Below, piece after piece: positions 1 through 11,805 of a DNA stretch of 64,000 nt. Below the pieces are notes generated by a model, which was not told the DNA's origin, did not search any database, and worked only from the letters and a program-made list of their open reading frames with translations. The stretch spans positions 5,586,508-5,650,507 of the forward strand of contig MU058584.1 in the NCBI GenBank assembly GCA_013265495.1, read 5' to 3'. Both the position numbers and the translations under genes were made by a program. Numbering within the stretch: the stretch's first letter is position 1; every line of letters starts with the position of its first letter. The stretch is from Vicugna vicugna. Its lineage: Eukaryota.

Positions 1-483
1 GCTCCATCCTCCAATATACCCCAAGTACTCTGTACCCTCTCAGAGCATTTATCACATTCTTTCTTACTTTTTTTTATTCATTCAGCAAATATCTGAGTGC
101 CTAATATGTTCTAAGCAATAGCAGTGAGCAAAATAAAGATTCATTCCTCTAATAGTTCACAGTTTGGTAAGGGAGACAAATCTATAGACAATTAATTTCA
201 GCTGAACGTGGTAAGTACAATAAGAGAGACGTGTACTATGTAAAGTTGTGACAGAAAAAGAATGAAGAGTCACTCTCTCTCAGTAGAAAAGTGAGGCATC
301 ACAGAAGAGACACCTATCCAGTGCCTGGAAATGGACTGCTGAGTAACAGAGAAAGAAAGGGTGGTGAGTGGGGCTCTACTGCTAAGTTACTAGCTATACC
401 CATCTGACAACAATCATTTTTCTATCCTCCAGTCCCTTATTCGTGTTTAAAAGATTTAGTAATTAAGAGAATTAACTAGAACC

Positions 484-658
484 CTGGTGTTCTCAAACGC
501 GTGAGTGAATTAAAATCACCTATAGGCTTTTTTAAAATGCAAACACGGAGCCCCATTCCTATTCATTAGGAATTCCTCCGGGTGAAGCTCAAGCAAGTTA
601 ATGTTCCAGAAGTGATCTCCAAGTGATATTGAGGGGCATTCCTGTTAAAAAGCACGGG
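484..658. mobile_element. MER5-like hAT element
   Basis: gtgttctcaaac...aatcacct...aaaatgcaaa...ctccaagtgat pattern. Confidence 0.55.
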
Positions 659-1189
659 CCAAGGAGATAATCAACAGGCCAAAAAAGAACTAATGCAAAA
701 TACAGCTGTTACTTACTGGCCCTTAGGGTGTGGGAGAGTGCTCGTCCACTCAAGAGACCAAAACTGCAGGATCTAGGGAGACTCGGAACGGTAATGAGAA
801 AGTCACACATACACCAGCACATACTCTTCAATGAAGCGCGTTAAGGTGAAACAGCTTGGGGAAGTGGGAGGGAAGGAATGATGAAAATGAAAACATTTTA
901 AATATTTGTTCGAAATAATGTTTCACCTCAGACTATTAGACTCTGTATCTTACCCCTAAACTTTCTGTCACATCACTCTAGAGGCTTAGCAATACCAAAG
1001 TGGAATTCACGATGCTCCAAGAAATAGGGAAAGCAAGGAAACTGCAGGCACAGCCCGTGGAAAGGGAGAAAGATAGCAGGGCGAAAGCAGAAGGAACGCG
1101 GACGCCTCTCGGTGCCCGGACGCCTCAGGAGCTGAGACGCAGCGTAACCAGACCCCAGAGCAGTCCTTCTGGCCTCGCCTGGCACTCAC

Positions 1190-1192
1190 CAT
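1190..1192 (-). CDS. NME7: NME7 (nucleoside diphosphate kinase homolog 7) exon 1 coding part: start codon only; the gene continues off the left edge
   Basis: Minus strand reads ctgaggcgATG|gtgagt (GT at 1189-1188) inside a CpG island head-to-head with BLZF1. Identity rests on the known mammalian NME7-BLZF1-CCDC181 synteny, since no further NME7 protein sequence is in the window. Confidence 0.75.
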
Positions 1193-1265
1193 CGCCTCAG
1201 AATATCCGCACAAGGAAACAGGTATCTTCGGGACAGGAAGACGCGAACACGAACACCAACGCCGG

Positions 1266-1279
1266 GTTACTCTGGCAAC
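1266..1279. promoter_or_regulatory. RFX X-box (GTTACTCTGGCAAC) in the probable NME7 5'UTR
   Basis: Fits the X-box pattern, including a perfect GGCAAC half-site; NME7 is a ciliary/centrosomal gene. Confidence 0.65.
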
Positions 1280-1397
1280 ACAGCTCCGCCTACTGCCGGA
1301 CTCTGCGCCAGGCGCCTCTGCCCCGCCCCTTAGTCCCTAGTGGCTGAGAGTAAACGTAGCCCCGCCCCTCCAGCCGACACACCCGCCCCTTCACGCC

Positions 1398-1412
1398 GTT
1401 GCCTGGGGCGAC
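1398..1412. promoter_or_regulatory. Second RFX X-box (GTTGCC-tgg-GGCGAC)
   Basis: Perfect GTTGCC half-site, 3-nt spacer, one-mismatch second half-site. Confidence 0.55.
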
Positions 1413-1659
1413 GGAACACCGCCTACCTCTTTCCAGCATCATCACTTCCGTTTCGTTGACAGATGACCCGGAAGTTCAAGCTAATACGCGCCTGGGGTCG
1501 AAATAGTTTCTCTTTTATTCTTTGGAAAGGGTTTAACCAGTTTTCACTTCCTGAAGTCTTACACCATATGTTCTATGTTATTTGAGTTTAAATGAAGCAC
1601 AAGTGTGATTACCCTTTTCTTTGGGAAAAATATTCCGGAAAGGAAACCCTGAGTAATCG

Positions 1660-1819
1660 GAAGTGATTAGTAGTGAACCAGACGTTTGATGTCACCAAGG
1701 CCTGGGCGGATCGGTTTCGGAGTGTGAGAGGAGTGTGCGGGGAAGTTCACCCAGGGATACTAAGCCGAAGAACCTGTAAAGTGAGGCCCCCTGCGATAGG
1801 AAGAGTAGGAATCTGAGAG
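1660..1819 (+). other. BLZF1: BLZF1 non-coding exon 1 (TSS approximate)
   Basis: Consensus donor GAG|gtaagt at 1819/1820, downstream of ETS motifs in the CpG island. Confidence 0.7.
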
Positions 1820-2780
1820 GTAAGTCGACGAACGGGCTTGTGCAACTAAGTGGGGATTTTGGACAGGCACAGAGGTCTGGGTTGAGGTTTGGTGTTAAGT
1901 AGCTTTGGATTTAGGGAAAGGTTGGTTGTTGTTCCAGGCAGGCTTGTTCAGACAGGGACGGAACGTCATTGTTCTTTCCAAGGGTATTTGCAGACCTGTT
2001 TTCAGAACATTAGGAGGAGGGTTTGTGACTTTTGAGGAAGGTAGTTATGGAAGACGCTGTGCCGAGTAATATTCAGTAGTCAGGAGTGATCGTTTTTGTG
2101 TAGAAACCGGTTGTTATCTGGTGTCCAGTTCATCATATTCATAAATCACTGCCATAGTGTCACCCTCGTTCTCATGTGCTCCGCTGAACCTTAATCTATC
2201 CTGTAAGGCCATGTATACATTTCTAAAAGCATATACTTTGCCATTTTATTTTTATTACCCAGATCTGCTAATTACGTTATCATGAATTTTTTGTCGTGTG
2301 TTAAACATCTAAACAGAAGCTCCTCTCTGATATATATATATTGAACAAAATAGTGTAGTAATGTCTCCAGAGAATGTAATTACTTTTAAATTCCTCCTGT
2401 CATATCAATGATACAAAAACCCCTACAGTATCTACAGTGTTATTGCTGAGCTACAATTAAGAACACACATCTGATAATTTAGAGTGTACTGGTGATCATT
2501 TAGAGTATACAGTGAAATAGAAATTTCAAAGTAAACCACCCCTAATTTTTTTTTTTGAGACATTTGGTAGCCATATAATATCACCTGTGGAAAAGGGCTA
2601 TGAGGGGCACTCGCTAAATGCAGGTTTACTGAATGCAGGAGGAAGTAGAATATCAGAGTATTTCAATTACAGGGACTTAGTGAATGTGTTTATATGGTAT
2701 TGTTTAAATTCTTTCATTTTATACATTTTTAGGTTTTTTCAGTAGAAGTCTTGGGGTGCATTTTCAGTTGTTAAAAAAGG

Positions 2781-2811
2781 ATGGCTACTCTTGAAAGTTT
2801 AGAAGCCAAAG
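2781..2811 (+). CDS. BLZF1: BLZF1/Golgin-45 coding exon 1 (exon 2 = 2733-2811), MATLESLEAK
   Basis: Acceptor ttttag|g at 2732/2733, aggATGG start, donor AAG|gtaagt, phase 1; resembles the human N-terminus MTTKNLETKV. Confidence 0.9.
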
Positions 2812-3183
2812 GTAAGTGTTCTTCTTTTGATGATAATTGTTTTAAAAATGTGAAATTTATGACAATAGGATGAAGAAATGTTTAAGTCAGGTAACCAAAT
2901 CTCACAGAGCCCGTGGGAATCATTTCTGTTTCAGATCTTTTCATGTTTGTTTTTTAATACAATGGTTACATCTCAGTACTTCAGATATACAATTGAGTAT
3001 TAACATTATTTGGTAGTATATATTACATTACTACCACTGTTAAACATTTAGTGTAAAAGGAATGTTCTACAGCCATGTTCTCTATCCACCAGGAGATTTA
3101 GATTTAAATAAATAAGAATATACATTTTTAAAGATTTAAGTAGATGGACAAACAACTAGCAAGTTTAAAAGACATTTTCTTAT

Positions 3184-3623
3184 TGCATTGATTTGTTACG
3201 GCTACTATAACAAAGTACTACAAACTGATGACTTAAACAATAGAAATTTATTGTCTCGCAGTTTTAGAGCCTAGAAGTCCCTCTGCAGGCACTAGGGAAG
3301 GATCTGTTCCAGGCCTCTCTCCTAGTTTCTGGTGGTTTGCTGGCAATTTTTGTTACTCCTTGGCATAGACACATCACCTTGATCTCTGCCTTTTTGTTCA
3401 CATGGCATTCTGCCTGTGTGTATATGTCTCTGTGTCCAAACTTCTCCTTTTTATAAAGACATCAGTCATATTGAATTAGGGGCACACACTACTCCAGTAT
3501 AATCTCATCTTAACTGATTACATCTGCAAAGACTCTTTCCAAATAAGGTCACATTCTGAGGTATGGAGAATTAGGACTTCAACATATGAATACTTGGGGC
3601 TGAACTCAATTCAGCTTATAACA
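3184..3623 (-). mobile_element. MLT1 (ERVL-MaLR) solo LTR, MLT1C-like
   Basis: Hallmarks cttaaacaatagaaatttattgtctc and ttacatctgcaaagactctttccaaataaggtcacattctgagg. Confidence 0.88.
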
Positions 3624-3764
3624 CTTGCTATCCACATTATTTACTTTATAGTTCTGTGTTGCTTATCATTTGTATAACATTTCATACTGTTGATCATTCC
3701 CACCTTTTGAAATACTTTCCTTGATTTCCATGACTTCACTCTTATTTTCCACCTACTCTGTGGC

Positions 3765-3941
3765 CCTTCATTGTCCAGTGCAGCCACATGCATGGGCTAT
3801 TTGAGTTTAAATTAATAATTTTAAAAATTAAAAATTCAGTTTCTCAGTTACACTAGCCACATGTGACTAGTGGCAATTGTATTAGAAAGTACACATATAG
3901 AACATTCCCATCATTTGAGAAAGTTCTACTGGACACCCCTG
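3765..3941. mobile_element. MER3-like hAT-Charlie MITE
   Basis: ctagccacatgtgactagtggc...atatagaacatt...gaaagttctactggaca. Confidence 0.78.
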
Positions 3942-5589
3942 TTCTGGCTATAGTTTCTTTTTCATCTTCCTCTTCTTCTGGTTTGTCTTTTTAAAATCAG
4001 TTTTTTTCAGCCCTAGTTTTCTTCTGTCAGGGCTGAGGTAATTACCTGTAAGAATGACTGCCAAATCTATTTATAACTCACATCTCTTCCTTTGTGATTC
4101 ATATCCTTAAAGGCTACTGCATTCTTCACTTACACATAGGTAACAGTCTTAGCATGTCCCAAAATGAGCTCCTCCTGATTCAGATTATTCTTGGGTGGAG
4201 TGAGTTCTTGGGCAGTGAGAGATGGGAAACTATTTCGTAGAAGCCAGTTTTGCAGCAAGCCAATCTCCAACAGCAAACTCTTTAAAGGGAGTTTAAATGT
4301 TTTTAGGAAGCAAGGAAGCAAAGATCAGAGTCACTGGGAGGCTTTTTATGAAGTATTAGAATAAGCAAATCAGAAACTGAAATGAAGGTAATAAACTTGG
4401 GATTAATGGGAAGTAAGAGCAATTAAATGGTAACTAATATGAAAGTAATTAGCATGGTGCTTGGCAAAAAGCAAAAACAAAATATGACAATATCATTAGT
4501 AATTAAAAGTTATTGCAAGACCTCAGTGAAATTAAACTTTTTTATTATTTGTTGTTACCTGTTTGTAATGAGTAATAAAGCACTTTCACATATATTATTT
4601 CATTTGATCTTAATTTTACAAAGGTAGCTAATTCAGCTATTAGTCCTAATCCTACTTAATATGTTAAGTGTTGTCAGTGAAGAAGAGTTACTCCTATTGC
4701 ATCGCCTGAGAAAAGGTGCACTTACCATGCTTGACATTTGTCAGTTGCCTGCATTTCCTGTAACTGCCTCAGAAGAGAAACAAGATTGGCTTAATGGGGA
4801 TGGAACGTCCTCTCAGCAGACATCTGAGCAGTACTGTCATCATGAGAGGGATGTGTCCTTGCTGCTAGGGCTGTTTCTGAAAGGGAAACATGCAATAAAT
4901 AGGAACAACTAGAAAATTAGAATTTGAATCCAAAAATTTTCTTGGGAGCAAGGTTGAAATTAGAAGGAGATTAAAGTCAGCTAGTGAAAGTAGACCAGTG
5001 AGGAATGTCTGAGATGTTTAAATATTTATAATTCCATAAAATAGTCTGACTTTTAATCCTAGGTCTGGGGACTAATAAGTATTAGGTGAAAAAGAATTCC
5101 ATTGGCAGATAAATTTGGGAAATGCTGGGTCAAAGAAGAGATTATACTACAGGACTTCTCAGATCCTTTAATGTACTAATGTACACTGCAACTCCAAAGA
5201 GATTCAGTATGCATTACTGCCCACACTTATTTGACCATGCAACTCTTTATTTGTGGAGCCTGTGGCAAAAGGAATGTTTGGATTCCAAGTCAGTAAACGT
5301 GGGCCTAATCTAAAGTCCAATGTCTATAATATGTTTTTCTAATTTAATGGTAACTAAACTTTGTTAAGTGATATTGGTGACATTTAAAAGAATATTGATC
5401 TAAAATTACTGAGTGATGATTTCTAATTTATTTAACTGTATTATAGCTGAATCTGAACACATTCTGAAAAGTATGTTAGATTATAACTGAGTTAGGAATT
5501 AATGATGTAGTGTAGAGAAAAAAAAATAAAGCAGTTTTTAAATGAGTTATTATTGGTTGTTAAAATGAGACCTTCTAGGTAGTGTGTTT

Positions 5590-5732
5590 TTCTTTTTGTT
5601 TTTTCTTTTTGAAGGGGGAAGGAATTAGGTTTATTCATTTATTTATTTTTTTTAGAGAAGGTCCTGGGGATTGAACCTGGGACCTCGTGCATGCTAAGCA
5701 TGCGCTCTACCACTTGAGCTATACCCTCCCTG
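5590..5732 (-). mobile_element. tRNA-Ala-derived SINE (camelid Vic-1-like)
   Basis: Reverse complement gives gggagggtatagctcaagtggtagagcgcatgcttagcatgcacgaggtcccaggttcaatcccc followed by an A-rich tail. Confidence 0.88.
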
Positions 5733-6139
5733 CTAGTGTATTAATTTTAACATTGATAAACGTCAGTGGGCACTTCTTGTCTGCACCAAGCACCGTTTCA
5801 TAGTTGATGATACAAAGATTAGGAGTCAGTCCCTACCCTGACGAGCTCGCAACAGTTTAGTCCATGAGAGAAACAAATTACTTTAAAATACTCTTATATT
5901 TGCATTATTCTCAAAGCACTGAAGGATAAGGGGAGGGTAAGGTTAAGTGATTTCACCAAAGTCACACAATGCGTGGCAGTAGGAACTGAAGTTTTTGACT
6001 CAGAGTCTGGTGTTCTTTGTACTACACCATCCTGCTGACTTTGAGTATGTCTTCACAGATTTACAGTTTTATGAAAAAAGGAGAAATGTTTATTTAATAA
6101 AAGACTATAAAATGATATTCTTTTTGCCTCAGTATTCTA

Positions 6140-6467
6140 GAGCAAAGTTGGTAATTTGTGGCTCCTGGGCCTCCTGAGAATATTTGCAGTTTGGTAATAG
6201 GGAACACTAACTTTGAATCCCACTTAAGCCAAGTGTTATCCCAAATAAAAAAGAACTCTATTCTCATTATTAGACCTATATTACCAAGAGAAAAAGAAAA
6301 GAAAAATTTTACTCATTATTATTATACTTTGAATTTTATCTTTAAAATTTTATTTTTTCTCTCAATATATACATGCCTATGTAGTACCCTGAATTTCACC
6401 TCATGATCTACGAAGACTAAAATGTTTATTGTCTGGCCCTTTGTGGAAAAAGTTTGCCAACCTCTGC
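6140..6467. mobile_element. MER58-family hAT element
   Basis: Terminal ctaaaatgtttattgtctggccctttgtggaaaaagtttgccaacctctg. Confidence 0.75.
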
Positions 6468-9400
6468 TGTAGAATGTTATTTGGTCTCCCCCTGCATTTC
6501 ACCAGTTTGGGGGGAAGACAGTAAGAATGAGCCATAAACCTTCGATGTTTTAATTCTTTGATAAGTGATCCCAGGTGGAACTTAATGTTGGTAATAACTG
6601 AAGAATTGTTTTGTTGGCTCCCTTCAAAGAGTGGAGAAGAATAGGCCTTGATGTTTTGCTTTACTCAGCCATCGCTCATAATTATGGAGCTGGTACCGTA
6701 GATTGTTGTCTTCCCACTTGGCAGAAGGTAATCGCTCATGAATGTGCCCTGGATTGTGCCTAGTGCGTATGTAATAAAGGTTTCTATGTGTGTCACAGGG
6801 AAAACAGAATTACGAAAGTAAGTTACCAGGGGAGGACATGTAAAGCTCTGACTCCCACGTGCCCCCTTGCCCATGCACTCTAGCCAGAAGCATAGCTGTT
6901 ACAGAGAGGGAGCTGCCATGCGGTGATGGTACCACTTTGGTACCATAAATGATGAGTAAGTAGAACAGTTTCAATAAAGTGAAGAGTAAAGTGAGGTTGA
7001 ACCAAGTGGGTTGAATTTCTCAACTGGAATTTTATGACATATTTTGTTTAAAAAGAGATTTTTGTTAAATACCCATTAATGTTTCTTTGCCTTTTAAATT
7101 TAATGTTAAGCATTTTGTGGTTTGTTCTTGAATCTCCATTACCTAAAATTCCAACTCAGAAATGCTATGACTTGCCTAGAAATTGTATTTAACCCTAACA
7201 AAATGTCACACCTGCTTCTTGTTTCTTCAGCTTCAGTGGGCTTGAATGATATAGCTCCAATATGTCTTTTTGTTGTGTTTTTTTAATTATTAATTTGTAA
7301 TTAGTTTATGATGCCACATTACATCTTAAATGGCAGAGTGCCTTAGTGATAAAATTAAATTTGCGTTAGAGTTAGACAAACTTAAAACCAGATTTTAAGA
7401 GCAAGGGAATAGGCCTTCATTTTTAGAACAGTTCAGTGGAAATTTTCCTTCGAGGTGCTAATGTGCTACAGCGTGAACTGAGATATCAAACCCTTTATTT
7501 CACTTTGTGAAGTGTTCCTCTGTTCGTCTTTTTGAAAGTAGAGTCAGCCCTAAAGCCCAAAGTATGTCTTAGTTAAGGTACTTAATACAGAAATGACAAA
7601 ATATTTTATTCCATTGTAACATGTTAGTTAGATAGAGCACGTTAAGTGTACCTCAGATGTCTTTCTACGTCCTGTCTAACTGACATAACTCAGGACCCCC
7701 AGTGCATTGCTGCATACCTAGGAAAAACTTCCCAAAAAATCTCTTAAATGAAAAAATAGTTGTAAAGTCTGGTGATACAACTTTGTAAGACTCTAGCATA
7801 AGAGAATAAAAGTCAGAATTATATTTTATGACATTAATTAAGCTTTCTTTCTCCCCTTCAGATCCTAAGTTGATTAGAGTTTTTTTTTTTAAGAATAGTA
7901 GTAAAAGCAGTAGGAGCTAGCATTTAATGAGTGCTGACTATGCCAGACACCATTCTGAACACTTCACATGTATTCTTATTTACTTTTCAGTTTTGCATTA
8001 GATCATGGGAATGGAGCATGCAAAAAAAAATAAATAAAACTAAGTAAAGGCATAAGTAATAGACCTACTGACACATTGACAGAGTTATTTTGTGAGGCAG
8101 TTTGACAATGCAGATCTTCACCTGGCACATTAATTCTGTTCTTGGGAATTTATTCAAAAGAAGTAATTCAAAAGTTGAAGGAAAACCTGTAGGCATAAAA
8201 TACTCACTAAAGCATTTTTATAATGAAAAATTGGAAAGAGTCTTAATAGCCAACAGTAGAATAATAATTTATTAAATAGTGCTATATTAACTTGAAGGAA
8301 TAATGCAGTCATAAAATGAAAACTATGAAGACTAGCAAACTGTAAAAATAAATTAAGCTTACAAAGTTAATTATAAGTATTTAAAATATTGAAGAAATTT
8401 GAAGTAATGGAAAGTTATTTTAGAGTTATGAGGATATAGGTAATTTTTTCTTACTATCTTTTAATAATGTTTTTAAAAATATTGATAGAAACCAGAAGAT
8501 ATGTGACTGTGTATGAAGATAACCTGTTCTAGTCTGTAGTTTCTGTATGTATATAACAAAGTTTGGAAGAGGAAAAATAAACTCATTAAAAAGGAGAAAC
8601 CTAATAAATAAACCTAAGAAGAGTATTCTTGATAGGTATTTTCCTTGCTGTAAAACATCTTGACAGGTAATTTTTCATAGCTTTTTTGTTGTTGTTGTTG
8701 TTGTTAACATTATCCTGAGCAAGCTTACCATTTCTTAAAGTTCTTTGCTGGAGAATTCCATTTCTAGGGCCAGGATCCAGAAAGCAAGGTGACAGGAGTC
8801 TGTGTTTGAATTTAGAATGTTTATATATTATGTAATCTCTCTTTTAATATGGCTTTGTATTTAAGAAATTCTTAAGAAAGTTTTAGTTTTAATAAGACTT
8901 TATTATTGCCCTAATCAAACTGATTGTTCTAACTGCATGAGTTATGGTAAAACAGGGCTAATCTATAATTAGCACTACTTAATTAATAATTATAATACTT
9001 AATTGAGCAGAACATGGTACTGATATCTAATAGTAACTGAGACTAAAGACATACTTTGGCATTTTTTTTAAAACTAGGGATCTGTTTCCTGCCTTTACCG
9101 TAAAAGATATAATTTATAATAATCAATACAGATATACACACATATATGTATATATGAATATGTGGTTTGGCTAGATAATAATGAATTCACTAAAGCCTGA
9201 TCAGTTGCCCATGATTATTCTTAAGTAACACTTTTGTAGAAATCAAATTTCTATAGAAATATTTTTCTACCACTCACTGCACACTTATTATGTATTACCC
9301 AGTGATACATGTTACTCTGTTACATGTATGTCCTCTCTCCTCAAATTAAATAGTAAATTTCTGTGCATAGAGGTCCCCATTACCTCACACAATGTCTCAC

Positions 9401-9504
9401 CAGTATTAGGCACCAAGCAGCATGTTTGCTGCCTGTGAAACTCAGAAGTTTATCGTTATCACATCGTTATATGTGCTCATCCCATCCACCTCCCCTTGTT
9501 CTCA

Positions 9505-10110
9505 TGCATTAATTGTTCACCAGATAGAGAATCCTGGGTGCAAGGCACTTTACTAAGAATATAGTGGTAAGCAAGAGACACACAGTCCCTACCCTCATGG
9601 AACTTATATCCTAGTAGAAGACACAGACAGGATATAATTAATTACACTGAAAAAAAAATGCCTATTTACCATTTTGATAAATAGTAAAAAGAGAAATGCA
9701 GGGTCTTTGCTGTAGGAGTATATAAACAAGGAACCTAGCCTAATCATGGAAGATGAGAGAAAGGCCTCCCTTAGGAAAGGTTGAACTGAGATTTGAAGTA
9801 TGAGTAGGGGGGAGGGAGTTAGCAAGAATATTCCAAGAAGAAGTGTCTTCAGAGGAAGTGGAAGGTTTTGCTGCCATTGAGACATTAAAAGAAAACAAGT
9901 AAGGCTGGAAGTGAGGGAGTATCTGAGGGAGTGAATGGCGTTAAGTTGAGACCCCGGAGATAAGCAGGGGGCCAGATCACCGAGGGCCACATAGGCCATG
10001 GTAAGGATCTTAGTCTTTGTCCTGACAGTGATGGGAAGCCACTCAAGGGTTTGAAGCAGCACAGATCTGCATTTGTTTAAGGTCACTGTGACTGTTATAT
10101 AAATTCTGTG
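9505..10110 (-). mobile_element. L2 fragment
   Basis: Typical antisense L2 3' sequence (ccctaccctcatggaactta...gggaagccactcaagggtttgaagcag). Confidence 0.8.
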
Positions 10111-10199
10111 GGCTTTTGCAGACTGATAAAATAGGGTCGTTGGCAGAGACAGTAAGTTCAGTTGATGGGACAGTAGTTCTGGTTTGTGGAAGGCCTCCC

Positions 10200-10435
10200 A
10201 GACCCATTAACAGCTTAGCTCTGGATTCAGATTTGGACTCAAATCCCAGTTTGACACTGATGATTTGGACAAGCTCTTTAACCTTTCACAGCCTCTGCTT
10301 CTGTCTACAAAATGGGTGCTGTTGTGCTTACCTCATGAGGCTTGTAAAAATTAAATGATACTGATGCATCTTGAAGGACTTAGAAGAGTCCTTGGTACAT
10401 AGTAAATAGAATAAAAGCTAATTATTATTACTATT
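10200..10435. mobile_element. MIR
   Basis: Core aacctttcacagcctctgcttctgtctacaaaatggg...acctcatgaggcttgtaaaaattaaatga. Similar MIR relics at about 5870-6030, 10900-11090, 27000-27170, 46380-46560 and 53360-53500. Confidence 0.78.
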
Positions 10436-10773
10436 CATAGGCTTTGGCCTCTATTTGCTCAAATGTATGCTGGACTTGTAAAATAGCAAGGCCTCTAACT
10501 TGTAGCTCATAGGGGTATTTCTGGATGGACTAATTTTGGAACTCCATGTAGGTTAGGTGTCATCTCAGCCTCCTTCCCAAGGTTTGCAGCATCTCCAGTT
10601 CTAGCATATCCTCTATTCTTTCTAAGCTCTAAACCACTCATTTTCTTGAGTCACTTAGTGAAGTTAGCCCTTTCTTGGAGAAAGGTGACTCAGTGAGGTT
10701 CTTCTTACACTACTCAATTTGAGGTAAGGTAAAATAGGAGAAAAGAAACAAGTATTTCTGTTATTTGGCTGGA

Positions 10774-10811
10774 GCAATGGTAGTATAGTGATGAGCATAG
10801 CTGCCTTCCAA
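10774..10811 (+). pseudogene. 5'-half tRNA-Gly(TCC) retroposed fragment
   Basis: gcaatggtagtatagtgatgagcatagctgccttccaa is 34/38 identical to the recalled 5' half of mammalian tRNA-Gly-TCC and stops in the anticodon loop. Confidence 0.85.
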
Positions 10812-11205
10812 AGGTTCTCTGAACTCAGGATGGCAAGATAGCTTTGGTTTATATGAAGGAAAATGATTTATTTTATATTTATAGCTTATATTTATTTTTA
10901 TATTTAACTAACATTATTGAGGGTCCACAGTGTGCCAGGAGCTTGATTTATTACATTCTTTCTTACCACACCCTGTAGCATAGTTGTTACCATCTCCATT
11001 TTGCAGATTAGGAATTAGAGATTCATGGAGGGTTATTTACCTAGGATTATATTAGGAGGTAGAAGCTGGAACCAAATACCGTATATCCAAACCCCTTGCA
11101 TTTTCTACCAAGAGAGAAACCATTTACTAAATTTGAACTTGTAAGACTTTGTTCAGGTTTTGTTAACACATGATTATTTTGTTAATTTATACTCTACATT
11201 TTTTC

Positions 11206-11269
11206 CTTTTTTTTTTTTTTTCTTTTTTTTTTTTTTTCTTTTTTTTTTTTTTTCTTTTTTTTTTTTTTT
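11206..11269 (+). repeat. Perfect (C-T15)x4 tandem repeat / 64-nt polypyrimidine tract
   Basis: C at 11206, 11222, 11238 and 11254, each followed by exactly 15 T. Confidence 0.9.
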
Positions 11270-11365
11270 AGTGGAAGTAATTCTGAATGTGAGTAAAGCA
11301 GGCCTTGGCATTTTCCTGGCATTTCTTTTCAGCCAGTAGTGTATGTTTTGTTTCCCTTTTTATAG

Positions 11366-11805
11366 TCCTCCTTACTTCAACTCCAATCCGAGGAGCGGGA
11401 GATGGAATGGAAACTGAGGAGCCACCTAAATCCATTGAAGTTACCTCTGGAATCCAGCCTATAAAGCATCACATCCTTCAGAGTCCACGGAAGAAAGCAG
11501 TTCCATCAGAGAGCCCAGGAGTTCTTCAGCTAGGGAAGATTCTCGCTGAGAAAGCAGTGGAAGTCGAAGCTGTAAGAATATTAGTTCCCAAAGCCGCTAT
11601 AATCCATGACATTCCCAACAAAAACACAAAGGTGAAGTCTCTGGGACATCATAAAGGAGAATTCCTCGGCCAGTTGGAGGGAGCCGTAGAACCCAGAAAG
11701 GAACTTTCTGAGGTAAAGAATGTACTGGAAAAGCTTAAGAACTCTGAAAGGAGGTTACTACAGGACAAAGAAGGTCTTTCAAACCAGCTCAGAGTACAGT
11801 CCGAG
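11366..11805 (+). CDS. BLZF1: BLZF1 coding exon 2 (VLLTSTPIRGAGDGMETEE...NQLRVQSE), containing the RGAGDG tankyrase-binding motif
   Basis: ORF 11305-11928 matches Golgin-45; tatag| acceptor and GAG|gtaaga donor; 440 nt, phase-consistent. Confidence 0.97.

Larger units (their letters stand above)
1060..1840. promoter_or_regulatory. CpG-island bidirectional promoter shared by NME7 (-) and BLZF1 (+)
   Basis: CpG-rich. GC boxes near 1321, 1360 and 1382; ETS/GABP motifs CACTTCCG 1443-1450, CCGGAAGT 1468-1475 and CGGAAGTG 1658-1665; divergent first-exon splice donors at 1189 (-) and 1820 (+). Confidence 0.85.

Noticed and set aside
973..1347. ORFs of 68-115 aa overlapping the NME7/BLZF1 CpG island
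   Set aside because: GC-rich sequence is depleted of stop codons; no recognisable protein, and they overlap the NME7 first exon and intron.
6926..6946. 9-bp stem hairpin atggtacca-ctt-tggtaccat in BLZF1 intron 2
   Set aside because: Short enough to be expected by chance in 64 kb; no snoRNA or miRNA features recognised around it.
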